NCBI GenBank assembly: GCA_023254095.1
Contig: JALNLM010000003.1
Location: 32,001 to 96,000, forward strand
DNA length: 64,000 nt
Origin: Candidatus Geocrenenecus huangii
GTDB taxonomy: Archaea > Thermoproteota > Nitrososphaeria_A > Caldarchaeales > Wolframiiraptoraceae
Direction: 5' to 3'
Shown here: piece after piece, positions 31,012-40,319 of the stretch
Layout: the number at the start of each line of letters is the position of its first letter
Position numbering within the stretch: position 1 is the stretch's first letter
The notes under the pieces: generated by a model
Seen by the model: the letters and a program-made list of their open reading frames with translations, nothing else
Databases searched by the model: none
What the model was told of the DNA's origin: nothing
Made by a program: the position numbers and the translations under genes

Positions 31012-31091
31012 AGATCTTAGCGTCAAAGCGTAATTTTGAGCTTGCTTGGGGTGTGACATCTTTAACGACTACGCTTTGAGGCACTAAATCT
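31012..31091. repeat. Intergenic inverted repeat / long hairpin
   Basis: TCAAAGCGTA (31023-31032) and TACGCTTTGA (31070-31079) are a perfect 10-bp pair, extended by AGATcTTAG/CTAAATCT. Confidence 0.6.
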
Positions 31092-31194
31092 TGCTATTCT
31101 AAATTCCTCATAATATCGAAGTCTAGAATACTTTAGGTAGCAGGATCCGGAAAACTTATAAAAGACATGTACCAGAATTCTCAGCGGGGATTTT

Positions 31195-31623
31195 ATGTCA
31201 ATGGTTCCAAGAGGGAAACTTATTGGGATGCAAGTATATAATCCGGATGGAACTCTTGTTGGAACAGTGCAAGATATTGCTTTGCCTTTAGGCGGTGGAG
31301 AAATGGGGTTATTACTGTTAACTAGAGCTCAAACGACGGAGACTATACCGTGGAGCAAGATCTCTGCAGTAGGAGACATAATAATCTTGAAAGAAAAAAT
31401 TGAGGTAAAGACTATGGCACCCGAGGTCTCGGCACAGTATCCTATCCCATCCACTCCTTCAATGGGTCCTACGCCACCCAAAGAGGAGAAGAAGGGGTTA
31501 GGGGTTATAACCAGCGTTTTTAAGAGGGGAGAGAAACCCGCCTGCCCAACATGTGGAAAACCCTTAACATATATTGAACAGTATAAGAGATGGTACTGCT
31601 ATAATTGTAGCAAATACATGTAG
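31195..31623 (+). CDS. PRC-barrel protein with Pro-rich linker and C-terminal zinc ribbon
   Basis: LIGMQVYNPDGTLVGTVQDI...IPWSKISAVGDIIIL; CPTCG...WYCYNC. Confidence 0.85.
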   Translation: MSMVPRGKLIGMQVYNPDGTLVGTVQDIALPLGGGEMGLLLLTRAQTTETIPWSKISAVGDIIILKEKIEVKTMAPEVSAQYPIPSTPSMGPTPPKEEKKGLGVITSVFKRGEKPACPTCGKPLTYIEQYKRWYCYNCSKYM

Positions 31624-31674
31624 ACGTTTAACTTTCTCAGTGGTGAATCGTTCCCGTCTAAGCTGGTGGCTACC

Positions 31675-32112
31675 TTACTTTATCTTTTGTGCAAATTCTT
31701 CTTTATCTACAATGTATCTTTCATGTATACCATAACCTATTAGCTTGTCTCCCCAGTATGCTGCAACATAAAAGATAAGCTTTCTACCATCTACCTGTAA
31801 CAACTTAGCTTCTATCACGACTTCAGAATTTATGGGAGCCGGCTTGACGTGATACACGTCTACATGAGTGCCCACCGTCGTCCGATTCTCTAGGAGGAAG
31901 TTATCTATGTTAACTCTACAAGTATGTTCCATGAAGAGTATCATAGCTGGAGTTGCTAAGACTTCCACGCTACCTGAGCCAAGGTGCTTCGCAGTATACT
32001 CAGATGTAACCACGTATTTTTCTCTAAATGTTAATCCTGGTGTAAGACTCATAAAGATAAAATCAGGAAATCTTTTTATAACCTTTTTCCCAGCAAGAAT
32101 CTTCGGATCCAC
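31675..32112 (-). CDS. FlK-like hot-dog thioesterase
   Basis: GSGSVEVLATPAMILFME, TVGT...H, GIHER. The real start is probably MSLTPG. Confidence 0.88.
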   Translation of the reverse strand: MDPKILAGKKVIKRFPDFIFMSLTPGLTFREKYVVTSEYTAKHLGSGSVEVLATPAMILFMEHTCRVNIDNFLLENRTTVGTHVDVYHVKPAPINSEVVIEAKLLQVDGRKLIFYVAAYWGDKLIGYGIHERYIVDKEEFAQKIK

Positions 32113-32167
32113 CTAACCCTTGTTTCATCTATGATACTCCAATCATAAATTCTAGAAAAGATCATGG

Positions 32168-33340
32168 TTACGCTAAGAAGGCGTATATCAGTATGAGTAT
32201 CAATGTTAAGATCGTGGCTGGGAAGATTAACCTATATGTTTTGGGGAGCTCTGTTTTGTAGTATTCTGCTGACATGACTAGGCATGCATGCGCAGGGCTG
32301 AGCATTGCGCCTACATATCCTCCTGTAAAAGATAGAAGAAGTCTCTCAGAATTAAGTAATGGCAGTAGTGGTGGGAACGCCAAAGCAATATATGTGAATT
32401 CTACGCCTGTCCCAATAACGATTAACAAGGGTATGAGGAAGACAGCTATTTCAGCATAGCCTGATAGGAGCTCCGCCAAGAAGTAAGCTACATTGCTCTT
32501 CTCAATATACTTGCTGAATATGAATGAAAAGACGACTATTGTTATGAAGGTTAGATTTACTGAATATTTTAAACCATGAATCAGTTTATCTTTCCCAGGT
32601 TTATAGACAGCTATTGATGTAGCCAGTGTTATGGCGACGGATATAGCGATATTTAGATTGAAGATTATGGATAAAACCGCTATCAGCACGAAAGGCCATG
32701 CATGTATCATCTTCTTCAAATTACTCCTAGGAAGCTTCTCAATTTTCTTCCCATTCCTCTTTACGTGCCTATACCCAAAAACGATCCCCGAGACTAAAGC
32801 CGCCAAAGTTATAGGCATGTTTAACATCATTATATGGCTTGAGGGAAGACCCAGTAGTCCGGAAGCCAGGATAACTCCTTGATATAGAGGCCAAGTAGTT
32901 ATCCATAAATGTCTAAACCAATAATTTATGAAGGTTTTAACATCGCCTTTCAGCCCCATATTGTTGTATAATGGGTCAACTACTACAGCTGACACGTATG
33001 CTCCGCCAGGCATAGGAAGCAAGCCTATTACAGCCGGTGTAGAAAAAGCTGCAAATCTTGGACCGATTACTTCGAAGCTTTCAATAAGCATGTTTGAGGC
33101 CTTAACAGAATTGTATAGGTCTGCTAAGAACATAGAGAAAGTTAATGCGATTAATGTTTGAACCATCTGTAGATTGAATGCTTCCAGGGTGGCGTCAAGT
33201 ATGCTCGTTTCGAGAGACAATAAACCATATAAGATTGCTCCCAATGCTAATGCGAGACCTATGTTTACTCTTCTAAAAACCAAGATAACTACAAGCAATA
33301 TAGATATGACTAAAACGATCCATGGATCGGCTAACGCCAT
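32168..33340 (-). CDS. DUF401 family membrane transporter-like protein
   Basis: GLLPMPGGA, INYWFRH, SPAHACL; many TM helices. Confidence 0.85.
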   Translation of the reverse strand: MALADPWIVLVISILLVVILVFRRVNIGLALALGAILYGLLSLETSILDATLEAFNLQMVQTLIALTFSMFLADLYNSVKASNMLIESFEVIGPRFAAFSTPAVIGLLPMPGGAYVSAVVVDPLYNNMGLKGDVKTFINYWFRHLWITTWPLYQGVILASGLLGLPSSHIMMLNMPITLAALVSGIVFGYRHVKRNGKKIEKLPRSNLKKMIHAWPFVLIAVLSIIFNLNIAISVAITLATSIAVYKPGKDKLIHGLKYSVNLTFITIVVFSFIFSKYIEKSNVAYFLAELLSGYAEIAVFLIPLLIVIGTGVEFTYIALAFPPLLPLLNSERLLLSFTGGYVGAMLSPAHACLVMSAEYYKTELPKTYRLIFPATILTLILILIYAFLA

Positions 33341-33437
33341 CTAGGTCTGTAGAATTTTTCTAGAACTATTTAATAAATTAATTTGCAGATACTTTTCACG
33401 CAGAATTCTTTTAACATTTTTAATGCGAGCGCCGCGT

Positions 33438-34610
33438 TCAGATATCTTCAGAGAATACCCAGAGACCTCTATTGATGACTAAGTCTTCTAGGATCCTCCT
33501 CGCAAGTGTTTCATCTATGTTCAAGATTAGTGCGTTAAGATGTTTACAGAGGCTCCGCGAAGCCTTGAGCTTAGACCAATCAGCACAATCATGGATTATG
33601 ATACGTTTCTCTAAATCTATTATGACGTTGTAGTATTTCACTCTTGCTGATAGATATTGTTCGGTTGCTTCTCTAACTTCAATTAAGCTTTTCGATATTT
33701 CTTTAGCTCTCTTTAATCTCGTCTTGTCCGTCAGCATAGCCAGCAATCCTTCTATATTCTCTGGAAGATTCTCTGGAGGAGTGTAGAGTGTAATGTCTGT
33801 ACGCTGTATTTTTGCTTCTATAAGGTTCTTTTCTACTTCTTCTAGAATCTTTCTCTGCGTAGGCGTGATTATCCCCAAGATCTCTAGGACTTGAAGTGCA
33901 TTATGAACAGCGTAGCCCTTAAAGTGATTATTAAAGTATCCATACACTTTCTTAACCTTACCTTTTATCTCCATGATTCTCGTCTTCCACTCATACAATT
34001 CAGCTATATCATAGTGATAGTAGTACCACGGGTTTCTACCTCTCCCATGCCACCTGATATACGCAAAATCCGTTGTTACATATGTATTGGGTGGGAGAAG
34101 TGGTTCATCTACTATGGTATATGCTAATTCATATTTTGAGAGTAGATTCAGGACGCCCTCCCTCATCCACGAAGTATCTCTAAACTCTACAGCGTACCGG
34201 TATTCTCCAACTGTAAGCTCTAAGAACTGTTTAAATACGTCGTAGTGTTTTTCATAACTATAGCTTGGAGGAAGCTGAATAAGTAGGCTGGCCAACCTAC
34301 CGGCTTTAAGGAGAGGCTGCATCAACTCTAAAAACCTATCTAGGTCTTTCTCTACGCCTTTTGAAACATCAAGCTTCTTCTCATGAGTTATAATCGAGGG
34401 TAATTTTGCTGTAAACAGGAAGTCTTCAGGGGTGATGTTCAGCAATCCTTTAACTAGGCTTGGAGAAGGATATGTGTAGAAAGTTGAATCTATCTCAACC
34501 GTGCTGAAAACAGTAGAGTACTTTTTCAATTTATGTTCTCCCGTTTTGTAGAATATGTTCTCCCAATCCGTGTAGCTCCAGCCACTCGTCCCAATATAGA
34601 TCCTCGACAA
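33438..34610 (-). CDS. DUF72 (YecE-like) protein with C-terminal SWIM-like zinc finger
   Basis: IGTSGWSY, VEIDSTFY, ITH, LIQLPPS, AVEFR, YIRWHGR, YFNNH; tail HDCADW...CKH. Confidence 0.88.
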   Translation of the reverse strand: MSRIYIGTSGWSYTDWENIFYKTGEHKLKKYSTVFSTVEIDSTFYTYPSPSLVKGLLNITPEDFLFTAKLPSIITHEKKLDVSKGVEKDLDRFLELMQPLLKAGRLASLLIQLPPSYSYEKHYDVFKQFLELTVGEYRYAVEFRDTSWMREGVLNLLSKYELAYTIVDEPLLPPNTYVTTDFAYIRWHGRGRNPWYYYHYDIAELYEWKTRIMEIKGKVKKVYGYFNNHFKGYAVHNALQVLEILGIITPTQRKILEEVEKNLIEAKIQRTDITLYTPPENLPENIEGLLAMLTDKTRLKRAKEISKSLIEVREATEQYLSARVKYYNVIIDLEKRIIIHDCADWSKLKASRSLCKHLNALILNIDETLARRILEDLVINRGLWVFSEDI

Positions 34611-34674
34611 CCTATGATAGAAATGTTGATAACTAGATTATGTAAGTTTCTACTCCATCTAGTCTGAATCATAT

Positions 34675-34690
34675 AGATGTAACTACATCT
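34675..34690. promoter_or_regulatory. Palindromic operator candidate between the divergent DUF72 genes
   Basis: AGATGTA-AC-TACATCT, a 7-2-7 perfect inverted repeat. Confidence 0.4.
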
Positions 34691-34778
34691 GCAATGCCAA
34701 TGTTATACTCTCTGATTATTCCATGGCCTAACATGTGAACTTCTTAAAATAAGGTTCACTACATGATATTAGTAGGAG

Positions 34779-35711
34779 ATGTCTTCAGGCCGCATAGTTG
34801 TTGGATGTGGTGGATGGAGCTACTTCAATTTACTGGATGAAGATCCATTGAGAGCATATTCCCTCGCATTCCGGTTCGTAGAGATCAATTCAACCTTCTA
34901 CACATTACCAGCCCACGAGGTCGTTAAATCGTGGAGAAAGCGTGTCCCCGCAGATTTCGAGTTTACAGTTAAAGCAAACAGGATAATCACACATTCAGAA
35001 GCATTAAGATCAACAGATAGAACACTGAAGACGCTGGAGAAAATGGTCGAGATATGTGAGGTCCTCAAATCTAGAGTATTGGTTCTTGAGACACCTAGGA
35101 ACTTGACGTTATCGTATATTCTCCCGAGTCTGAAAAATATCTTGACAAGAATTGATTTCGGAGATACGAGGCTAGCTCTAGAGCCTAGGTGTGGATGGTT
35201 TAGTGGAGAAGCATCTCTACTAATCGGTTTCCAAGAACTCGAGATAATACCAATAACTGATTACTCTATAGAAGAGCCACCGTACGATGATGAGGAAATA
35301 TCCTATAGTAGACTCTTCGGTCTAGGAGAACACAACATATACCAGTTTACAGACCAAGACCTAAAGAGAATAAGGGAAAGAGCTGAGAAGCGGAGATCCA
35401 AAAAGGTTTACCTTAGCTTCCATGGCATACAGATGTACATCGATGCAGCAAGAATGGAGAGATTCTTGAGCAAGAACGAGCTACCACCTGTTACGAGTAG
35501 CTATGGGGTAGATTCTCTAGCAGAAGTACTTAGGGATGCGAGATTCCCGATTAGTAAGGAAGACTTGGTAAAGAAGCATGGATGGAAGCTTATAGATATA
35601 GATTCGAGGACTCGGGCTCCAGCATCAATCATCCTTAAACAATTAAGGAAAGACAATTACAGAGATCTCGACGAAGTCTTAACCGAGCTTAGGAAGAGGT
35701 TTGAGAGATAA
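34779..35711 (+). CDS. DUF72 protein with C-terminal DUF2795/DUF5789-like helical domain
   Basis: VGCGGWSY, VEINSTFY, KANRIITH, ALEPR; tail LRDARFPISKEDLV...Y.DLDEV. Confidence 0.82.
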   Translation: MSSGRIVVGCGGWSYFNLLDEDPLRAYSLAFRFVEINSTFYTLPAHEVVKSWRKRVPADFEFTVKANRIITHSEALRSTDRTLKTLEKMVEICEVLKSRVLVLETPRNLTLSYILPSLKNILTRIDFGDTRLALEPRCGWFSGEASLLIGFQELEIIPITDYSIEEPPYDDEEISYSRLFGLGEHNIYQFTDQDLKRIRERAEKRRSKKVYLSFHGIQMYIDAARMERFLSKNELPPVTSSYGVDSLAEVLRDARFPISKEDLVKKHGWKLIDIDSRTRAPASIILKQLRKDNYRDLDEVLTELRKRFER

Positions 35712-35895
35712 AGCTCATCAAATTTCTTTGGATAATTTTTCCAATATTTTTAGCAAACTTCATCGTAACACGCTTCGATGAAAACCCGGATACTGCATGG
35801 AGCTACCTGTATCATTTCTTATCATGATCAGCTAGAATAGCTGTATAAAGTAGACTTTTCAGAAAATTTATTATATTTATCGTCAACATATTATC

Positions 35896-36585
35896 TTGAA
35901 GCATATGGAGGCTCAGGTAGAGAAAGGAGAGGTCAGGTCAGGACTTACCATAGCTGGAGCTTATGCCTACAAGTTGAGAAAATCTCTATTCGCTCAATTC
36001 GCCAATAAAGTCAAGGCTGGAGAATTTAGTAAAGAAGATGTTGCTAGAGCTTCAAGAGAGCTGAATACTTTTCTCTACCATATTCTCGTCGAGAGACTGA
36101 AGCTGGACAAATTAGATGTAGTTAGGATAAATGTAGGATATGAAGTTCATGGGAGAGAGCTGAGATGGGATTACGATAATTTGAGAATAGAAGCGTACAA
36201 GAAGATACCTAAAGAGAAAATAGACGAAGCAATAATCGAGGCAGTAAGGCATATGAAAGAAATTATAGAAGGTAGATACATTGTAGAAGAAGTTGGTAAA
36301 TCCATTACAGGAGACAGCCTATACAAGATTAGGCTAGGGGACTTAAATGTGGGTATGCTAGAAGCCATCAGATTGAATGATGAAATACTTCTAAAGGGAG
36401 CTCTCACATCCCCTGAGCCCCTCATAATAGAAAAAGTGAGGATAGAATTGTATGGGAGAGAGTTTTTAGAAGTATTATCAGAAAAGCTGAACGAGATTAT
36501 CAGCAAGGGTAGGAAGATCTCTAGAGAAGAGGCTGAAGAAACCATCAGAGCATTACTGAGCATCGTCAAAGTACATTCCAATTAA
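35896..36585 (+). CDS. ThermoDBP-related (DUF2258) single-stranded nucleic-acid-binding protein
   Basis: SGLTIAGAYAYKLRKSLFA...ELN..LY.ILVE.LKLDKLDVVRI...WDY signature. Confidence 0.82.
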   Translation: MKHMEAQVEKGEVRSGLTIAGAYAYKLRKSLFAQFANKVKAGEFSKEDVARASRELNTFLYHILVERLKLDKLDVVRINVGYEVHGRELRWDYDNLRIEAYKKIPKEKIDEAIIEAVRHMKEIIEGRYIVEEVGKSITGDSLYKIRLGDLNVGMLEAIRLNDEILLKGALTSPEPLIIEKVRIELYGREFLEVLSEKLNEIISKGRKISREEAEETIRALLSIVKVHSN

Positions 36586-36656
36586 TTGGCCACTATCCAG
36601 GTTCTTAGAGAGAATTGAAGCTTATCTGTAGTCGAGCATATTCATGTCTCTCCTCC

Positions 36657-37136
36657 CTACCTCAAGATGTATAGGTATATCTTGTGTCGTTTACCGGTTT
36701 CGATAGAATTTACTTCGTATATCTCAGCGGGAGTGAGACCAGGAATCCCATAATCATGGCTAACTATTCTCGTATCCTTCTTCATCTTAACGAATTTTGG
36801 ATAAAGCTTCTTAAGTACATCGGGTAAGAGGTACAATGTAACTACATCTGCATTCGTGAAGTCATAATTGTACAGGTCTCCTCTTATCACAGTTACTCTA
36901 TCTAAACCCATGCTGAGGATCTTCCTCCTAGTCAGTTCAACCAGTCTTGGATTCTTCTCGATGCCTATAGACCAACATTTGTATTTTCTAGAAGCAGACA
37001 ATAATATTCTACCATCGCCTGACCCGAGATCTACCAGTAACTCATCTGGGGCTGGGCTAGCTATATCTAACATCTTTTCAACTACATCTTTAGGAGATGG
37101 GACGAAGGGTATCAGCCTTCGCCCTACTCTCCCCAT
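36657..37136 (-). CDS. Small class I SAM methyltransferase (aKMT/FAM173-like protein-lysine methyltransferase)
   Basis: PFVPSP, DLGSGDGRI, GIE, ADVVTLYL, RIVSHDY. Start set at ATG 37136 because the upstream extension is AT-rich promoter-like sequence. Confidence 0.85.
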   Translation of the reverse strand: MGRVGRRLIPFVPSPKDVVEKMLDIASPAPDELLVDLGSGDGRILLSASRKYKCWSIGIEKNPRLVELTRRKILSMGLDRVTVIRGDLYNYDFTNADVVTLYLLPDVLKKLYPKFVKMKKDTRIVSHDYGIPGLTPAEIYEVNSIETGKRHKIYLYILR

Positions 37137-37236
37137 ACTCTCTACTTTTTTAAGAATAATCACGTAGATAAAAACATAAAATATCTTTAGAATTGTATTT
37201 ATAGATTGGGTGTTACGTATAAGGTAGCGGGGTAAA

Positions 37237-38193
37237 TTGTTCAAGTATCTTGAAGGATGCAGTAGAGTACTTGTTCTAGGAATTGGGGGAGGTGGAGATA
37301 TATTCGCTACAATACCTACTAGAAACCTCTTGAAGAAGATGGGTATAGAAGTTTACTTAGGATGCGTTGCCTGGGAAAGGTTTGTACTAGATCCTAAACC
37401 AGGTCCAAGACCCTTAGAGGAACTTGTAAATATTCAAGAACTATCGGAGACCGTGTGTATCGGAGGTCCTGATACAATCACGGAAGATGGTATAAAGCTT
37501 CAAGCTTCACATCTATCTGAAAGACTCGGCGAAAAAGTCGTCCTGGTCGATATTACGAAAGGTGTGAAGAGAGTGGCGGAGGGGCTTGATGAAGCACTCT
37601 CGAAACTTGGAGCTAGCCTAGTTATAGGGATAGATAGTGGAGGAGACGTACTTGCTAGAGGATCGGAGAAGAATCTTAGGTCGCCTCTCTGCGATTCAGT
37701 AATGCTTGCATCACTCCACTATATGAGGAATAGAAACTTTCTAGGAGTCTTCGCTTCTGGATGTGATGGAGAATTATCTATAGAAGAAGTACTAACATAC
37801 ATTTCAGAGATCGCTTCAACCGGAGGATACCTAGGAGCTTACGGGATGGCTAGAGAAGATGCAGAGATGCTTGAAGCACTAGTCAACGGCATGGTTAGCG
37901 AAGTAAGTAAGATTGCATTGCTATCTTTTAAAGGTTTCAGAGGGAGCGTAAGTATAAGAGATGGTCTCTTTAAAGCGGAGGCATCAATCGTCTCAACATT
38001 GACATTCTACCTTGATACCGAGAAAACATATAATCGTAGCCCTATCGCTAAGGCCGTCTCAAACTCGGAGAGTATTCCAGAAGCAAGCAAAGAGTTGAAC
38101 AAGATAGGTATCCGGACAGAACTCGACCTAGAGATAGAAGCATATCGTAGAAGAGCTCGATCGTATAGAGAATTGCTAGGGAGACAAATTTAA
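37237..38193 (+). CDS. DUF1152 family protein
   Basis: GIGGGGD, WERF..DP.PGP, DSGGDVLA.G.E..LRSPL.D, GCDGEL. Confidence 0.85.
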   Translation: MFKYLEGCSRVLVLGIGGGGDIFATIPTRNLLKKMGIEVYLGCVAWERFVLDPKPGPRPLEELVNIQELSETVCIGGPDTITEDGIKLQASHLSERLGEKVVLVDITKGVKRVAEGLDEALSKLGASLVIGIDSGGDVLARGSEKNLRSPLCDSVMLASLHYMRNRNFLGVFASGCDGELSIEEVLTYISEIASTGGYLGAYGMAREDAEMLEALVNGMVSEVSKIALLSFKGFRGSVSIRDGLFKAEASIVSTLTFYLDTEKTYNRSPIAKAVSNSESIPEASKELNKIGIRTELDLEIEAYRRRARSYRELLGRQI

Positions 38194-38203
38194 AAACCGA
38201 TGA

Positions 38204-39097
38204 TTGTTATTCAACAACTTGGAATTGCGGTTCGTGAATGAAAGATTCAACAAGATAGTGGGGGTCTCGTTCGTAAGTATCGCTGCAGCCATATGGGGCT
38301 CGAACGGCGTAATAGTCAACTTCATCGAACTAGATCCGTTCCTCATCGCTTATTATAGAACGCTGCTTGCTACTCTTCTATTAATACCAACAGTCTTCCT
38401 GGTCAATAAAAGGGAATTCATTAAAGCCGTCAGAGAATGGAAGCTATTAATCTTTAATGGTTTCATGAACGCTCTAGGATGGGGGTTCTTGTTCTCCTCG
38501 ATGAAGCTTATACCTATTGCGGTATCAGTCTTACTGAATTATCTAGCACCCATCTTTGTAGCAATACTATCACCATTCTTCCTAAAAGAAAAAATCAAGA
38601 CCACTACAATCGTTTCTCTACCATTATCATTGTTAGGGGTCACGTTAATATTTAATGAGCAAATCAACTATGGAAGTGCTAGTATCCCAGGAATAATCTA
38701 TGGATTATTGTCAGGACTATTTTATGCGGTCTTCATCTTAATCTCTAAGAAGATCCGAAGAGAATATTCAAGCTATACTCTAGCATCGTACACCTACATG
38801 TTTACGCTGGTATTTCTAGCAATTATCGTTTCAGCGTCTTCTCAAACAATCAATGTTAAGGAAGAAGCCATCCCATTATTATTACTGATAGGCTTCGTCA
38901 ATACTGCCTTCGCTGTAACTATTTATTTTCATGGATTGGGACTTATAGAAGCCCAGAAAGCAGTAATCCTGACTTACTTTGAACCATTATGTGCAGCACT
39001 CTTCGGAGTCCTATTCCTAAACCAGACACTTTCCATACCATTAATTGTAGGAGGAATTCTCATAATACTATCGGGATACATCGTGGCAAGATACTGA
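38204..39097 (+). CDS. EamA/DMT family transporter
   Basis: About 10 TM helices, IWG, YLAPIFV...FLKEK, EPL.A.LFG. Confidence 0.9.
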   Translation: MLFNNLELRFVNERFNKIVGVSFVSIAAAIWGSNGVIVNFIELDPFLIAYYRTLLATLLLIPTVFLVNKREFIKAVREWKLLIFNGFMNALGWGFLFSSMKLIPIAVSVLLNYLAPIFVAILSPFFLKEKIKTTTIVSLPLSLLGVTLIFNEQINYGSASIPGIIYGLLSGLFYAVFILISKKIRREYSSYTLASYTYMFTLVFLAIIVSASSQTINVKEEAIPLLLLIGFVNTAFAVTIYFHGLGLIEAQKAVILTYFEPLCAALFGVLFLNQTLSIPLIVGGILIILSGYIVARY

Positions 39098-39146
39098 CCA
39101 GAATACTCTTTTTAAATACATAAATCATTATTCAGAATAGTAGTCT

Positions 39147-40169
39147 GTGGGGGCATTATTCTTGAGCTTGGAAAATACAATCGCGAGAGATACCCAGATC
39201 AACGTGATACAATATAATGAGAACTTCTTTAAAGAAGAAGCATTGGAAGATTTAGAGGAGATAACGGTTCCTACTGATAGAAAGAAGGTTACGTGGATAA
39301 GAATCTGCGGATTATCAAGTAGGGAAAAGATAGCAAAGCTCGCCGAGAAGTTTAACATCCATCCGCTTACTCTAGAAGATATTCTAAATACTGTTCAGAG
39401 ACCCAAGATAGAGGAATTCTACAACTATACGTATATCGTCTTAAGAATTTTCAGGTTCGACTCATCTGAAAAAGAATTATTGTCCGAGCAGATGAGTATA
39501 ATTCTCGGAGAAGGTTTCATAATATCCATAGAGGAAAAAAGGAGTGAAGAGTTAGGGAAGATCTTAGACTGGATAAAATCTCACAGAGGTATAATCAGGA
39601 AGATGGGCCACGACTACCTACTCTACCTCCTCATTGATGAAGTAATCGATGGATACTTCATAGTATTAGAGAATATAGAAGATGAGATAGGAGAATTAGA
39701 TAGAGAACTTACTACTAACCCAACATCTTCAACACTTCAAGCAATCCATAGATTCAAGATTCAGCTTCTCCAGTTTAATAAGAATATGTGGCCTCTTAGA
39801 GAAGTTATCGGTACACTTGAACGAGTTGGGCACCAGTTCATTGATAGCCAGACTACACCATACTTTAGAGACTTGTACGATCACATGGTTAGAGTCATAG
39901 AAAATACGGAGACATTACAGGTAATACTGTCCGATATGCTTGACGTATATTTCTCCGCAGTAAGCAATAAGCTGAATGAGATAATGAAGGTGTTGACGAT
40001 GATCGCGACCATCTTCATGCCTCTAACATTCATAGCCGGAATATACGGTATGAATTTTAAGTATATGCCTGAGATAGAATGGGTTTGGGGGTATCCCGCA
40101 ACATTACTCGCCATGCTCACAATAGGATTATACATGATACTCTACTTTAGAAGAAAGAAATGGATATAG
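39147..40169 (+). CDS. corA: Magnesium/cobalt transporter CorA
   Basis: IHPLTLEDI, QRPKIE, YFRDLYDH, PLTFIAGIYGMNFKYMPE. Confidence 0.96.
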   Translation: MGALFLSLENTIARDTQINVIQYNENFFKEEALEDLEEITVPTDRKKVTWIRICGLSSREKIAKLAEKFNIHPLTLEDILNTVQRPKIEEFYNYTYIVLRIFRFDSSEKELLSEQMSIILGEGFIISIEEKRSEELGKILDWIKSHRGIIRKMGHDYLLYLLIDEVIDGYFIVLENIEDEIGELDRELTTNPTSSTLQAIHRFKIQLLQFNKNMWPLREVIGTLERVGHQFIDSQTTPYFRDLYDHMVRVIENTETLQVILSDMLDVYFSAVSNKLNEIMKVLTMIATIFMPLTFIAGIYGMNFKYMPEIEWVWGYPATLLAMLTIGLYMILYFRRKKWI

Positions 40170-40319
40170 AAATGGCAAAATCTACAAAATCCAAGGCTCA
40201 CATTAACAGCATGCTCTTCAGTATAAGTGTGTAAGCTTAAATGTACTCAGCTTGAGCGATCTCCTACTAGATTAAAAGATAAAATAATCTACGAACAAGA
40301 TAAATAATGTCGAAAAGAA

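Noticed and set aside
35759-35843. Short inverted repeats upstream of the ThermoDBP-RP gene (TTCATCG/CGATGAA; CAGCTA/TAGCTG)
   Set aside because: Arms of 6-7 bp are expected by chance in AT-rich spacers, and I found no matching second site.
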